The notes beneath the pieces were generated by a model. That model was not told the DNA's origin, did not search any database, and saw only the letters and a program-made list of their open reading frames with translations. The position numbers and the translations under genes were made by a program. 64,000 bases of DNA from Eledone cirrhosa (taxonomy: Eukaryota), in NCBI GenBank assembly GCA_964016885.1, contig OZ024747.1, positions 73,656,001 through 73,720,000 of the forward strand, given 5' to 3'. Below are positions 31,062 through 44,400 of the stretch, piece by piece. Numbering within the stretch: the stretch's first letter is position 1; the number at the start of each line of letters is the position of its first letter.

Positions 31062-32676
31062 AAGTAAAGCTACAAGAAGCACTATCGGCCAATACAAGCC
31101 AAAAACTCAGAAGAATATGGAGTATACATCTATCAGAGCCTAGGAAGGATATCAAGGCTAAGATTAAGAGCGAGCAGTTACAAACATAGATATAGACCAA
31201 ATAGCAAGGAAGTGATTAACATGTTGAACCCACATTGTAAATATTATATAATGCAAAAACTTGAAACACAAATGGTAATATAATGCGAGAATTACAGTAC
31301 GATATAGAGTATAATATAATATATAATATAATATAATAGATGGTGATAATAAAAAGCTTAATATATGTATATATATATTTATACATATATACTTTAGTAC
31401 AAACACAAACTAACACTTATTAAGTATTTAAATATATATATATATATTGTTTACAGTATAATATAATAAAGATAAAAATAAGAATAAAGATTAAATAAAA
31501 ATAAAATATAATATATAATTCCCTGTTAGTGTGCATAAACAATATAAAAACATTATAATAACATTATAATAACAATATTATAATATATTGGCATCAAAAG
31601 ATATACAAAATTACATCATATATATAATTCAAGATTAACAAATAGTATAAAGTTTTACACAGGGTAAGAAAAAATCATATAGAACTAAATAGTGTTGAAA
31701 AAATTGTGTTGAAAAAAATATCTATACCATTGCAACAAATACACGGAGGTCAAGTCGTTTTACATTTGCATAAATATTACCAAAATATCACAAAATACTA
31801 CAAAATATAATAGAACAGTACTTCAAATAACATATTAAAATCTATAATACGATTACATAAAAATGATATGATATAACAACATTAATATCAAATATCAAAC
31901 CGAGTCTAAGGAAATGCTTAATAAATATTTACGTGGTAGAGATACACAGACATATAATAATGAACAGCGTGTCGTAGTAAAAAAATAAATAAAATAAACC
32001 GAAGTTCGAAAAACAAAAACAAGTATATTTACTTAGGTGTCACAAGCGGTTAAGTAAAAGAAGTGATAGAAATGTAAGCGGCGAATTGACTAGAAAACCT
32101 TTTCAAATTAATTAATATTAAAAGTATATAAAATACATATTTAGTCACTTTAAAATTGGCTATAGTTTAAGTCATCAAAAAACGTATAAGTTTGAGATAT
32201 TTCAATAAAATTATCAAGAATAGAGTAAAATATGCTCCGTTCAGTCGAATAACGTTATCAAATAAAAGGACTCTAAATAGAACTATGGTAGACCAATGGG
32301 AACAGAAAGAAGAGAGGTTATGGAGGATAGGAAGGAGCATAAAAGTAAAATCAATATATTATATAATATCATAAAAGGAGCATAAAGGTGAAATTTATAT
32401 ATAGTATAATAGAAGGGGCGGATATTAAGTGTGTAGAGGAGGAGATACGTTAGTTGAATGAGACTCCAACCAAAGTATTTAATAAGATATAAACCCATAA
32501 GGTGTTAGTAGTGAAACTATAATAATACTTAAGACGATAGATAGGGTATGGTAGCCAAAAGACTATGGAAACTAAAATCGAAAAGTTGTAAAAAAACTAA
32601 TAATAATAAAGATGATGGTAATCAAAAAGAACCTAAACAAAAAAGATAAGGAAATATAGCAGCTAATGGATACGAT

Positions 32677-35389
32677 TTAAACTACCAGAACTTTTAGGTC
32701 TATAATAGAAGAAAGAATTAGAAATGGCATGGGGCAGGAAGAAAATATCTCAGACTTTCTATTAAGCAAAACTTCCCTAGAGATAATTATAGAGTGGGTC
32801 TCTAGGATACAGAGATTACAGAATTTAGTGTGTGTTGATAGGTTATTAGAGCGTGCTACGATACGCCAAATAAGGCTATATGGCATGCCTACCCCTTTAA
32901 GATCCCAGATATGGGATCTTAAAGGGGTAGGCATGTTAAACTTAACATGCTTAAAATTAGAGATATGAGAATTAAACCTAGTTTTAAAAGTATTTGATGT
33001 GGAGCCTATATACGTGCTATTAGAAGAATCAGTCTTAACTTCACAAGCATAAACAATGTTCCTAGAGAGGCAGTGACCATTTAAAGGGCAGTTAATACTT
33101 ACTCTACAGTTACACTTCCCGGTGCTATTTACCGGCTGAATAAGTGATGCATCACTTCTAGAGTTATTATATGATAAGGTCTGCTCAGGTGGTAAGGCAT
33201 TAATGGATCTATCAAGACTAGTAGTACGCAAAGAGGAGTAGCTGTCCCTAATTTTCTTATTGTTAGTGCTAGTTAAATAAGAACTAATATTAGGGGTGGT
33301 AGAGAATGATAGTTTAATTACATTTTTATTAAAAATACCATGGTATTTATTAGTAGGAGGGAAAGTTTTCTCTAAGATAGAAAAGAAAGACCTAGGGATG
33401 TTAGTTAATACTTCATGATCATAAGGCGGGTTAAAATAAGTATTGAGTCTCCTCCTATTTCTATCCTTACCAACTCTACCGTTATCCAGTATCCCACTAA
33501 TAGGATCAGGGTTACTACGAGGACTAGTTGAAACAACATTATTAGAAGCAGCCAAAACCCCATTGAGTCTCCTTCTGTTTCTACATTTAGTATATCTACT
33601 GTTATCTGGAATCATATCAATAGGATTAGGGTTACTACCAGGATCAGTTGAAACAACTCTATTAGAATTAGTAAAAACATTACCACTGGGTGAGCGATCA
33701 GAGTGCCTAACTTGTTCCCTAGAACTAATCCCGAAAATTGTACCATTAGACTCACTATTACGATACGGTAGCTTAACCTATGGATGCGTTCGGATACACC
33801 TATGTGATTTCTACGATTCTTATGCTTTCTACTCCCATTCATGGCCATATTATGGGAAATTACGTTATTATTATTATGGGTAAACGGAGACTTTCTAAGG
33901 TTGTTCTCATTATAACGTATTTTACCAGAGTAACCAGAGTTAGCTAGGGCATTATTATAGTACTCTGCATGTGAATTAAATATTCCTATATCCTTAGAGA
34001 GTGTGTAAATTCTATTAGATACACCGTTAATTATAGAGCTAATCATTGATTTGGGTGGTTAGAATTGGGATTAACATAAGAGAGTATCTCATTTGGCTTA
34101 TGGAAGGGTTTATAACTATTAGTGACCAAGTCCAAAGTCACATCTAAAAAGTTGACCGCTCTATCATTTCTATCAATCGTGATCGAAAGGTTAACATTTT
34201 AAAAAAATTTATAAAGTTTCTTCCTATTATGCTCAATGTTGTTGGTGCTAGAGTTTATCACAAACAATGCATCGTCACGATAAAGTCCGCCTTGAAGGTG
34301 CGGAAAGGTAACATACAGTTCATTTAGGAGGAACAGCCCAACAAGATCAGTTACCTGGGCCGAATCACTCGAACCCATTGTAACGTCGAAATTGTTGGGT
34401 GTGTTTTTACGCGTCCAAAGTGTATCCTCGAATTTGATGATAGTCCTACGGACTGCTAGTATAACATCAATCTGCGGTCGTGTAAGGCTAGACACTCGCA
34501 TGGCCATAATTAAGGCTTTATTAAGGAGGATAGGTGAAATCGACGTGTAATAGGCATCAACATCAAACTGGATAAACCTACTAGACTCAAGTTTATTAAT
34601 ACCAGAGAACCAATCTATAACATCCTTAGTGTTCCCCCATAGATTAAAATGAACCTTTTCCCTAACGGCTGGTATAATCAGGTCAAGGATTTTCTTACTA
34701 ATAATAGCTATATCAGACTTAGAAGGAGTAATGAGTGTAACAGAAGGATTACTAATGAAGTCTACCTTATGATCCTTAAGAGTGAATCTCGGTTCCCTAG
34801 GGTAATATGGCTGGGTATACTTATCAAGGCCCAGGTCCGAAACTATCTTGAGACCCTCATTATTGATATGATCCAAATTATCTTGCGTTGTCTTTTTGTA
34901 ATTTTTATGCAGCTCCTTATAGATAAACTTACGGTAAGCATTGTAATCCATAGAGTAAAGATTCTTAGTCTTGTCAGCCGGGACAAGAATAGACTTATTC
35001 CCTTCAAAATACTTAACGATATTCTTAAGTTTAGACTGGAACCTGTCGAACTTATTATAGTTCCCATATCTATTATACGGCCTATACTTTATATTTTTGA
35101 CAAGGGAAAGTAAATCGTTCTCAAAATTATCTAATAGAACATTATGCGGTGGGCTCTTATAAGTCTTGAAACCAAAGTTATTGAAACTAGTCCTATCCCG
35201 GGGGTCAATCCCATTCCTACCAATATCAAAGTGGAAAGCACGCCATCTAATCCTTTTTACGAAGGAGTTAACACTAGCAATTAAGAGTTTTTCATAAGTA
35301 TTTCTAGATGGGATGGGAATATTCTTCAGAGATAAAGGCAGGTAGCTCTTTGTTAGCATACTGTCAGATATATATAAAGGCCAAAACAC
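32677..35389 (-). pseudogene. PLE polyprotein (reverse transcriptase + GIY-YIG endonuclease), disrupted by frameshifts
   Basis: RT region: SLKNIPIPS..KRIRWRAF, PADKT, TLKDHK, FIQFDV, FDVTMGS, GLYRDD. Then YFNPPY, CNC....CPLNGHCL, IVY...YIGST...FKTRFNSH, CNLC..E, LLNRKSE (GIY-YIG with Cys-rich modules). Confidence 0.92.
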
Positions 35390-35610
35390 CAGTATATAGG
35401 AAGAAGCTCAACCAATCGGGAGCCGTAACAAGAATTAAAATACTAGAGTGTGTTGGAGTTAAACACTCTCTTCATATTATAGAAATGACAGTATAAGATA
35501 TAGCTCAATGTAATTAAACAGAGCCTCCCTAGGCTTTAATAGATGTATACTCCATATTCTTCTGAGTTTTTGGCTTGTATTGGCCGATAGTGCTTCCTGT
35601 AGCTTTACTT

Positions 35611-35648
35611 GCCCTGATGAGTCCTTAATAGGATGAAACATTGTTGGC
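35611..35648 (+). ncRNA. Hammerhead ribozyme copy in the inverted 5' pLTR
   Basis: GCC-CUGAUGA-GUCC(UUAAUA)GGAU-GAAA-CAUUG-UU-GGC; one substitution relative to 31024-31061. Confidence 0.8.
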
Positions 35649-35695
35649 TAATAAAGAATTTTGATGTATTGAAGGCTTCTTTCGTTTATTTTTTA

Positions 35696-35822
<127 letters not shown>

Positions 35823-35829
35823 GTATATA

Positions 35830-35893
35830 GCCCGCCACTTTGGTTCCCCTGGACATTCCGCGCACCACCTCACAGTCTGCGGCCTACTCCAAT
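35830..35893 (+). mobile_element. Inverted fragment of the same PLE GIY-YIG region
   Basis: Reads [21 protein letters not shown]; it is the reverse complement of ~30487-30530 and extends that sequence upstream. Confidence 0.75.
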
Positions 35894-35967
35894 TCTAGAC
35901 TAAATTTAATTAGTCCAGAATTAGCCGTCGAAACGGCTTTAGCTCAGCCGTCGTGGTCCTACTCGTT

Positions 35968-36081
<114 letters not shown>

Positions 36082-36869
36082 TAAATATGCTTACATACAC
36101 ATGCTTACGAGCACACGCAGAAACGCATGAATACACACCTACACATATGTGTATGCCTCTTAATAGCTGTTAACTTTAATTTCAATGATGCCAGATTTCT
36201 ATTGATGTCCATTTCTGTGAATGGCAATAAAACGTATTCGATTTTATTCTGTTCTTTTAAATTATCCCTCTAAAGTTACATGTTGCTATAGAAGCCACTT
36301 AATCCGGTCTCTTAATGACACCCATTCAAAGCCCATTGCTGTTCTGTCCACTATAATATGCCTACTGTCTGACATGCTTTCTTCTATAATATGCTTTCAT
36401 CTTTAACATGTGATGCTAAAATTGCTAGTCTGATGGCTTAATATTTTCGGGTTAACTTTGTCATAATAAATAATAAAATGAAATGAACTTTTAAACACGG
36501 ACGAGTTTTGATCAGAGGAACACGATGATGCCTATTATATAATGGGTATTGTTAATAGAATGGTTTCTAGAATATAATGTTATAATATTTCATTAACATT
36601 TACAAAGCGGTCGAGTAATTGTAAGGGCAGAGTGCTACATTTAGTTGTATTCCTCATAAATAGGATCGTACTAGTGATGACATTTCCTTTTATCAATCTA
36701 GAATCGATAAAGAAATAAGAAACAATTACATATTTAAGACTGTTCCATCTTCTATAATCATATGTGTGCTTTGAGTGCTTTGTCTCTGCTTTAAACAATT
36801 CAATTGGTATCTAGTCTATTTCGGCTACAACTTCCATTTATACATGTAATTTATTATTCTTTATATATG

Positions 36870-36978
<109 letters not shown>

Positions 36979-37140
36979 TCATTTGTATTAAGGCTAAAAA
37001 GTGAGGCTTTTTACTTTGGGCTTTCTCTTGTTTATCACAGAGTCATCAGATAGGTTCTTGTCTGATGACTCTGTGTTAAACAAGAGAAATTCTGTATTGA
37101 GTACTCCTTTCTCTCAGCTATCAAGCACATACGGATATTT

Positions 37141-37174
37141 CTTCTGATGAAGGACTAGCGTCCCAAAGTTTAAG
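37141..37174 (+). ncRNA. Degenerate minimal hammerhead
   Basis: CUU-CUGAUGA-A-GGAC(UAGC)GUCC-CAAA-GU-UU-AAG; GAAA is mutated to CAAA. Confidence 0.55.
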
Positions 37175-37283
37175 ACCTTCTTCCAGCTATATCAAGCGTT
37201 AATCTAATATACTGTACCGATTGTGTTGTTATTTCTGTTTACATTTTACACACACATACACATATATATATTTATATATATAT

Positions 37284-40180
37284 ATGTAAGTGTGCATGTA
37301 TACGTACATACATATATGTATACAGACGTACAGTAGCATGCACATATATATATATATATACATATATATATACATATGCATACAGGTACACATACATATA
37401 TGCACGTATCAGTTTAGCGGCGCTAACGTCGCTTTGTTCGTTTGTAAACAAACTGAACAGCCTGAATTTATGCCATACGGTGTTAAGGCAACCACGTCAC
37501 CTTTTTGTTCAACACTGACACAGGAACGATGTACTAGTTTCAAGCTTGTTAGCTATCATCAGCACCGTTTACCCATCTGCCAGATAGTTGAACGTTCGAA
37601 AGTATATACTTTCCTTATGAAAATTAACGGCTGAGCAGCCTAATTTGCATATTGAGTGAGTTAAATCGGTCAGGCATACCGAAAACGATAAATTGAAACA
37701 AAATGAAAACGAAATTTCATTTCTCACTCTTAGTATGGCACTTACTTAAATGTAAGTATGCATGTATACGTACATACATATATGTATACAGACGTACAGT
37801 AGCATGCACATATATATATATATATACATATATATATACATATGCATACAGGTACACATACATATATGCACGTATCAGTTTAGCGGCGCTAACGTCGCTT
37901 TGTTCGTTTGTAAACAAACTGAACAGCCTGAATTTATGCCATACGGTGTTAAGGCAACCACGTCACCTTTTTGTTCAACACTGACACAGGAACGATGTAC
38001 TAGTTTCAAGCTTGTTAGCTATCATCAGCACCGTTTACCCATCTGCCAGATAGTTGAACGTTCGAAAGTATATACTTTCCTTATGAAAATTAACGGCTGA
38101 GCAGCCTAATTTGCATATTGAGTGAGTTAAATCGGTCAGGCATACCGAAAACGATAAATTGAAACAAAATGAAAACGAAATTTCATTTCTCACTCTTAGT
38201 ATGGCACTTACTTAAATGTAAGTATGCATGTATACGTACATACATATATGTATACAGACGTACAGTAGCATGCACATATATATATATATATACATATATA
38301 TATACATATGCATACATGTACACATACATATATGCACGTATCAGTTTAGCGGCGCTAACGTCGCTTTGTTCGTTTGTAAACAAACTGAACAGCCTGAATT
38401 TATGCCATACGGTGTTAAGGCAACCACGTCACCTTTTTGTTCAACACTGACACAGGAACGATGTACTAGTTTCAAGCTTGTTAGCTATCATCAGCACCGT
38501 TTACCCATCTGCCAGATAGTTGAACGTTCGAAAGTATATACTTTCCTTATGAAAATTAACGGCTGAGCAGCCTAATTTGCATATTGAGTGAGTTAAATCG
38601 GTCAGGCATACCGAAAACGATAAATTGAAACAAAATGAAAACGAAATTTCATTTCTCACTCTTAGTATGGCACTTACTTAAATGTAAGTATGCATGTATA
38701 CGTACATACATATATGTATACAGACGTACAGTAGCATGCACATATATATATATATATACATATATATATACATATGCATACATGTACACATACATATATG
38801 CACGTATCAGTTTAGCGGCGCTAACGTCGCTTTGTTCGTTTGTAAACAAACTGAACAGCCTGAATTTATGCCATACGGTGTTAAGGCAACCACGTCACCT
38901 TTTTGTTCAACACTGACACAGGAACGATGTACTAGTTTCAAGCTTGTTAGCTATCATCAGCACCGTTTACCCATCTGCCAGATAGTTGAACGTTCGAAAG
39001 TATATACTTTCCTTATGAAAATTAACGGCTGAGCAGCCTAATTTGCATATTGAGTGAGTTAAATCGGTCAGGCATACCGAAAACGATAAATTGAAACAAA
39101 ATGAAAACGAAATTTCATTTCTCACTCTTAGTATGGCACTTACTTAAATGTAAGTATGCATGTATACGTACATACATATATGTATACAGACGTACAGTAG
39201 CATGCACATATATATATATATATACATATATATATACATATGCATACAGGTACACATACATATATGCACGTATCAGTTTAGCGGCGCTAACGTCGCTTTG
39301 TTCGTTTGTAAACAAACTGAACAGCCTGAATTTATGCCATACGGTGTTAAGGCAACCACGTCACCTTTTTGTTCAACACTGACACAGGAACGATGTACTA
39401 GTTTCAAGCTTGTTAGCTATCATCAGCACCGTTTACCCATCTGCCAGATAGTTGAACGTTCGAAAGTATATACTTTCCTTATGAAAATTAACGGCTGAGC
39501 AGCCTAATTTGCATATTGAGTGAGTTAAATCGGTCAGGCATACCGAAAACGATAAATTGAAACAAAATGAAAACGAAATTTCATTTCTCACTCTTAGTAT
39601 GGCACTTACTTAAATGTAAGTATGCATGTATACGTACATACATATATGTATACAGACGTACAGTAGCATGCACATATATATATATATATACATATATATA
39701 TACATATGCATACAGGTACACATACATATATGCACGTATCAGTTTAGCGGCGCTAACGTCGCTTTGTTCGTTTGTAAACAAACTGAACAGCCTGAATTTA
39801 TGCCATACGGTGTTAAGGCAACCACGTCACCTTTTTGTTCAACACTGACACAGGAACGATGTACTAGTTTCAAGCTTGTTAGCTATCATCAGCACCGTTT
39901 ACCCATCTGCCAGATAGTTGAACGTTCGAAAGTATATACTTTCCTTATGAAAATTAACGGCTGAGCAGCCTAATTTGCATATTGAGTGAGTTAAATCGGT
40001 CAGGCATACCGAAAACGATAAATTGAAACAAAATGAAAACGAAATTTCATTTCTCACTCTTAGTATGGCACTTACTTAAATGTAAGTATGCATGTATACG
40101 TACATACATATATGTATACAGACGTACAGTAGCATGCACATATATATATATATATACATATATATATACATATGCATACA

Positions 40181-40181
<1 letters not shown>
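37284..40181 (-). repeat. Tandem array of ~6.2 x 466-bp near-identical units, each with a hammerhead ribozyme (retrozyme-like)
   Basis: Exact 466-bp periodicity (37703, 38169, 38635, 39101, 39567, 40033), with an HHR in every full unit on the minus strand. Confidence 0.95.
37525..37569 (-). ncRNA. Minimal type I hammerhead ribozyme (unit 1; repeated at 37991-38035, 38457-38501, 38923-38967, 39389-39433, 39855-39899)
   Basis: AACGGUG-CUGAUGA-U-AGCU(AACA)AGCU-U-GAAA-CUAG-UA-CAUCGUU: 7-bp stem I, intact core, palindromic stem III, GUA site. Confidence 0.9.
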
Positions 40182-40669
<488 letters not shown>

Positions 40670-40761
40670 CTGATGGTAGCTGAGATGCTTCCATAGGCGG
40701 TATGCCGGTTGAGCACTCTATGCTCTTACAGAGCAGAGTATGATAGAATTAGTGTGCGCGC

Positions 40762-40851
<90 letters not shown>

Positions 40852-41050
40852 GTGTGTGTGTGTGTGTGCGTGCGTGCGCGTGGATGTGTGAACAACCAAA
40901 CACAGCAGTAATTTATTGAAGTGTAGCAGACATGGGACAGTTAACACCCTGATGGTCAGCGGACTGGTACCTGTGGTCAGTATTATGATGACGTCGACAA
41001 CCAGCGGCCAATCACAGGACGCGCGAAGAGGATGAAGCTTTTGATTAGGC

Positions 41051-41138
41051 GTGTCCGTCGAACCTGCTGGTCCAGAATCGAACAGATCCACACAATGCTC
41101 GCGTCTCGAGTTGGCCGCCAGCGAAACAATTGTAACAC
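41051..41138 (+). ncRNA. Degenerate hammerhead with extended stem II
   Basis: GUGU-CCGUCGA-..GCUGG...CCAGC-GAAA-CAAUUG-UA-ACAC; two core substitutions. Confidence 0.5.
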
Positions 41139-41182
41139 ACAATAAATTGAGTTCAGATGCATCACTGATTTTTCGTTTTCTA

Positions 41183-41217
<35 letters not shown>

Positions 41218-41219
<2 letters not shown>

Positions 41220-41408
41220 AAAATGTTTGACCCCGACGGCAGAGCTCAAGCCATTTCGACGGCTATTTCATTCCAGATATAGCCGTCGAAACGGCTTGAG
41301 CTCTGCCATCGGGGTCAAACATTTTCCCATTACCCACTCTACTACCCTAAGTATTGAGTATTCTCGTGCCTTATGGTCCATCTGGTTCCTTACCACTCTT
41401 CCTTCGTT
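41218..41408 (+). repeat. Family A element with 5' fold-back (~50-bp arms)
   Basis: 41218-41266 versus 41279-41327 are inverted; the 3' part matches 30780-30861. Confidence 0.85.
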
Positions 41409-44400
41409 ATATATATATATATATGATCTCATTGTCTCATCATCTCGAGTTGGTGACAACATACAGTCCAGATGTGGTCAATTACCTGCTCACCATCATT
41501 ATATGTTTTGCTATATTTCTCCACCAGTCTAACAACAATATTCCAACCTTAGTAATACATTATTTGATTTGAATATGAAGCATTTATTATTTGTTTATCG
41601 TTTTTTTGTCTTCGCAATTCCCAGTAAGTTTCGTTTTGTTTAACCTATCGTTTATATCGGTGTTCTGTAATGGAAATTCCTCTCCTTCTGATTCATTTAA
41701 AACCCTCCAAATTAGTTTTAACGATCGTGTTAAGTATTGTGACTTCGAATGGGCTAGGTATATGGTCGGTAGTAGCTGAGGCTCTGTAATTCCATTTCAA
41801 CAGCCAATCAACGCGTGTCGTGTTCATGTTACCATCCATTGTATCCTTTATATATCAAGGTCTCTTGACGAGATAAATAATGTTAAAAGGATTTTTGATG
41901 TGGTTGTATCCAAATTAATAGGACATTATATAGAATCATTCGGGTTCTAATTTACCGCTGATCTCAGATTATAAATGGCTTAACATTTAAATACAATTTA
42001 TATGAAATTTCTCATTACTAAAAATAAATTGACAATTATTCCTCTTAGCTGCTCATGTTGAATTCCCATAAGATGTAACACCAATTATTAAATATCACCG
42101 AACAGGATAATGTGCAAATATATAACAATTAATGACTGAAATGTTATATAACATCAAAATATCTAAATAATATAAGAAATTGTGCAATTAGATTAAACGG
42201 TTTCCTCAATGGTAATATATGCCTATTGTAGGCTATTTTCAATCAAAGATTTGATCAGAACGAGGGATTAACCATTGACATTGTATAGCTTTGGTGTGAT
42301 GAAATCTATGTAGTTGATATTCGGTTTCAATATCTGTGTAGTATAATGTAATTAGGCGCGAAAAGGTTATGTTGAGCCAATGTTATATCTATAGAGGAGC
42401 ACTTGATCTTACATTTAAAATTGAAGAATATAATAATTGTTTCTACTTTTGGCAGAAGGCCAGCAATCCACCAGTGTATTACTGGTACTTTATTTTATCG
42501 ACCCCGAAAGGAAGAAAGGCAAAGTTAACCTCGGCGGGATATAATAATGGATTCTGATTTACAAACATGGCCAACAATTTCAGGGGAGGCGAAAGCAAGA
42601 GTAGCTAGATACAAAATAGACTATTCAGAGTATACCAAACGAGACTTTACTGATATATAAATAGAGAGAGTACAGATGAAGTGATTATTCTGACCTGGAC
42701 GAAGAGGGACAAATACGACCTCCATACCACGAGAGAGTCATTATATTTTTATTTTAACGCATGCTAAGGGAAAGCAGAGGTAGCGGAAAGTAGTTACAGT
42801 TTAAATACACAGAAAGTCTCCGATTTCCGAATGGCTAAATGTGAGAAGAAGGGCACCCAGGAGTCATTACCTGGATGTGGCCCAGCTCCCTTAGAGTGTA
42901 AGAAGTTAAGGGCCGGAACACTCGCTTGAGCGGTGTTTCTTCTCTGAAGACCTTCTGCTGACCAGATCTCCTGAGAGGTTTATACCACTTTGTGATTTAA
43001 AAGAGATTATCTAGCTATTTCTAGCTAATCAAGCGACAACTTATACTTGTCGTTGGTTCAGTCACAGCAGTTTTCTCACACGGACAGTGATAACCGTCTT
43101 CCCTTCATAACGAATAAGATGAAATTCAAACAACAGACAGAGAATATTCAGAAGCAGCATATTGTGTAATTTCTACATTTTGATTATTCATTTATACAGT
43201 AAAAATATTAATATATATTTAACAATATATATTTTAATCATTAATTATAAACGATTGCATCAAACTCTCTATCTACCGATGAAGGGCTGTGTACGAAACA
43301 ATGCACAGTTCGTCTTCCTCGTGTTAAACCAATTTATTTCACTTTTGAAATATTACAATATATTATTCGGCTCACTGAATGGCAGAATGGTTTATCTAGA
43401 ACTAACTGGTTCATTACATTCAAGATATTTATTTCTAAGCATATAATAAAACACGACTATCAGATCTTGTGTCCGCTTTTTCGTCAGAGCGTTTTACTAA
43501 TTACCTCATTGGTGGTCATCCATAGTTTGATTTCTCCTCCAGTTTGTGAATAATATTATTTCTAGGTTAAGATGCTTTCATTCAACTGACGTTCACATTT
43601 ATTTTAATAACTTTAATAGAGTCGTTTATTGTGTCATTTATAACAATTAATTCCGTTCTTGATAGTTTCGTAATGAAATGTGATAATCTATTGATTCATA
43701 CATTCGGGAATACAATTCTGGACATTCTTCATTCGGTAGATCTAGGATCAAATAATTTCCAATCCTTACCATGTCATTAATTTGTACATGGTTAGGGTGT
43801 GATTTGATGGAAGGTTAGCTGATATTTCTATTAGATCAATACTATCATAATTATCTCTCGTTGAGAGATAATTATGATAGTATTGGTTAATTTAATCCCA
43901 TGTCTATGTAGATATCCCATATATTATAAATATCTGTCTCTTGATATGGTCAGCGGTTTATCAGAATCGTTAGAGTACCAGACATAATAATTTGCAGTAC
44001 TTCCGAAGGTGGAGTGAAATGTTAGCAGGCGGACATCGAAGGATTGATGCCAAAGCTGTGAAATCTTGCATGCATTACTTTCAACTCATCTTATTAATAA
44101 CGGCATTGTTTATTTCCAGAGACTATTTTGAAAAATAGACCTCATTCTGGCATTTGGTGAGAGTATCTTCGTCAGACTATGAACTTTTCAGTATATGACA
44201 TTTTCAGCCAATCTTCATAATAATGATCATTTATATTCCGAGTTCAAATGCAACTTGGATTAACTTGACTTCTAAACATTTCAGAGTCTATAAAATAAAG
44301 CACGATTCACAGACATTATTGGATTGATATAATCGACCATTCTGTTATCAAGATGTTAAGGTATTGTCCTTATATTAGAAATCAATACTCTTCAGGTGAT

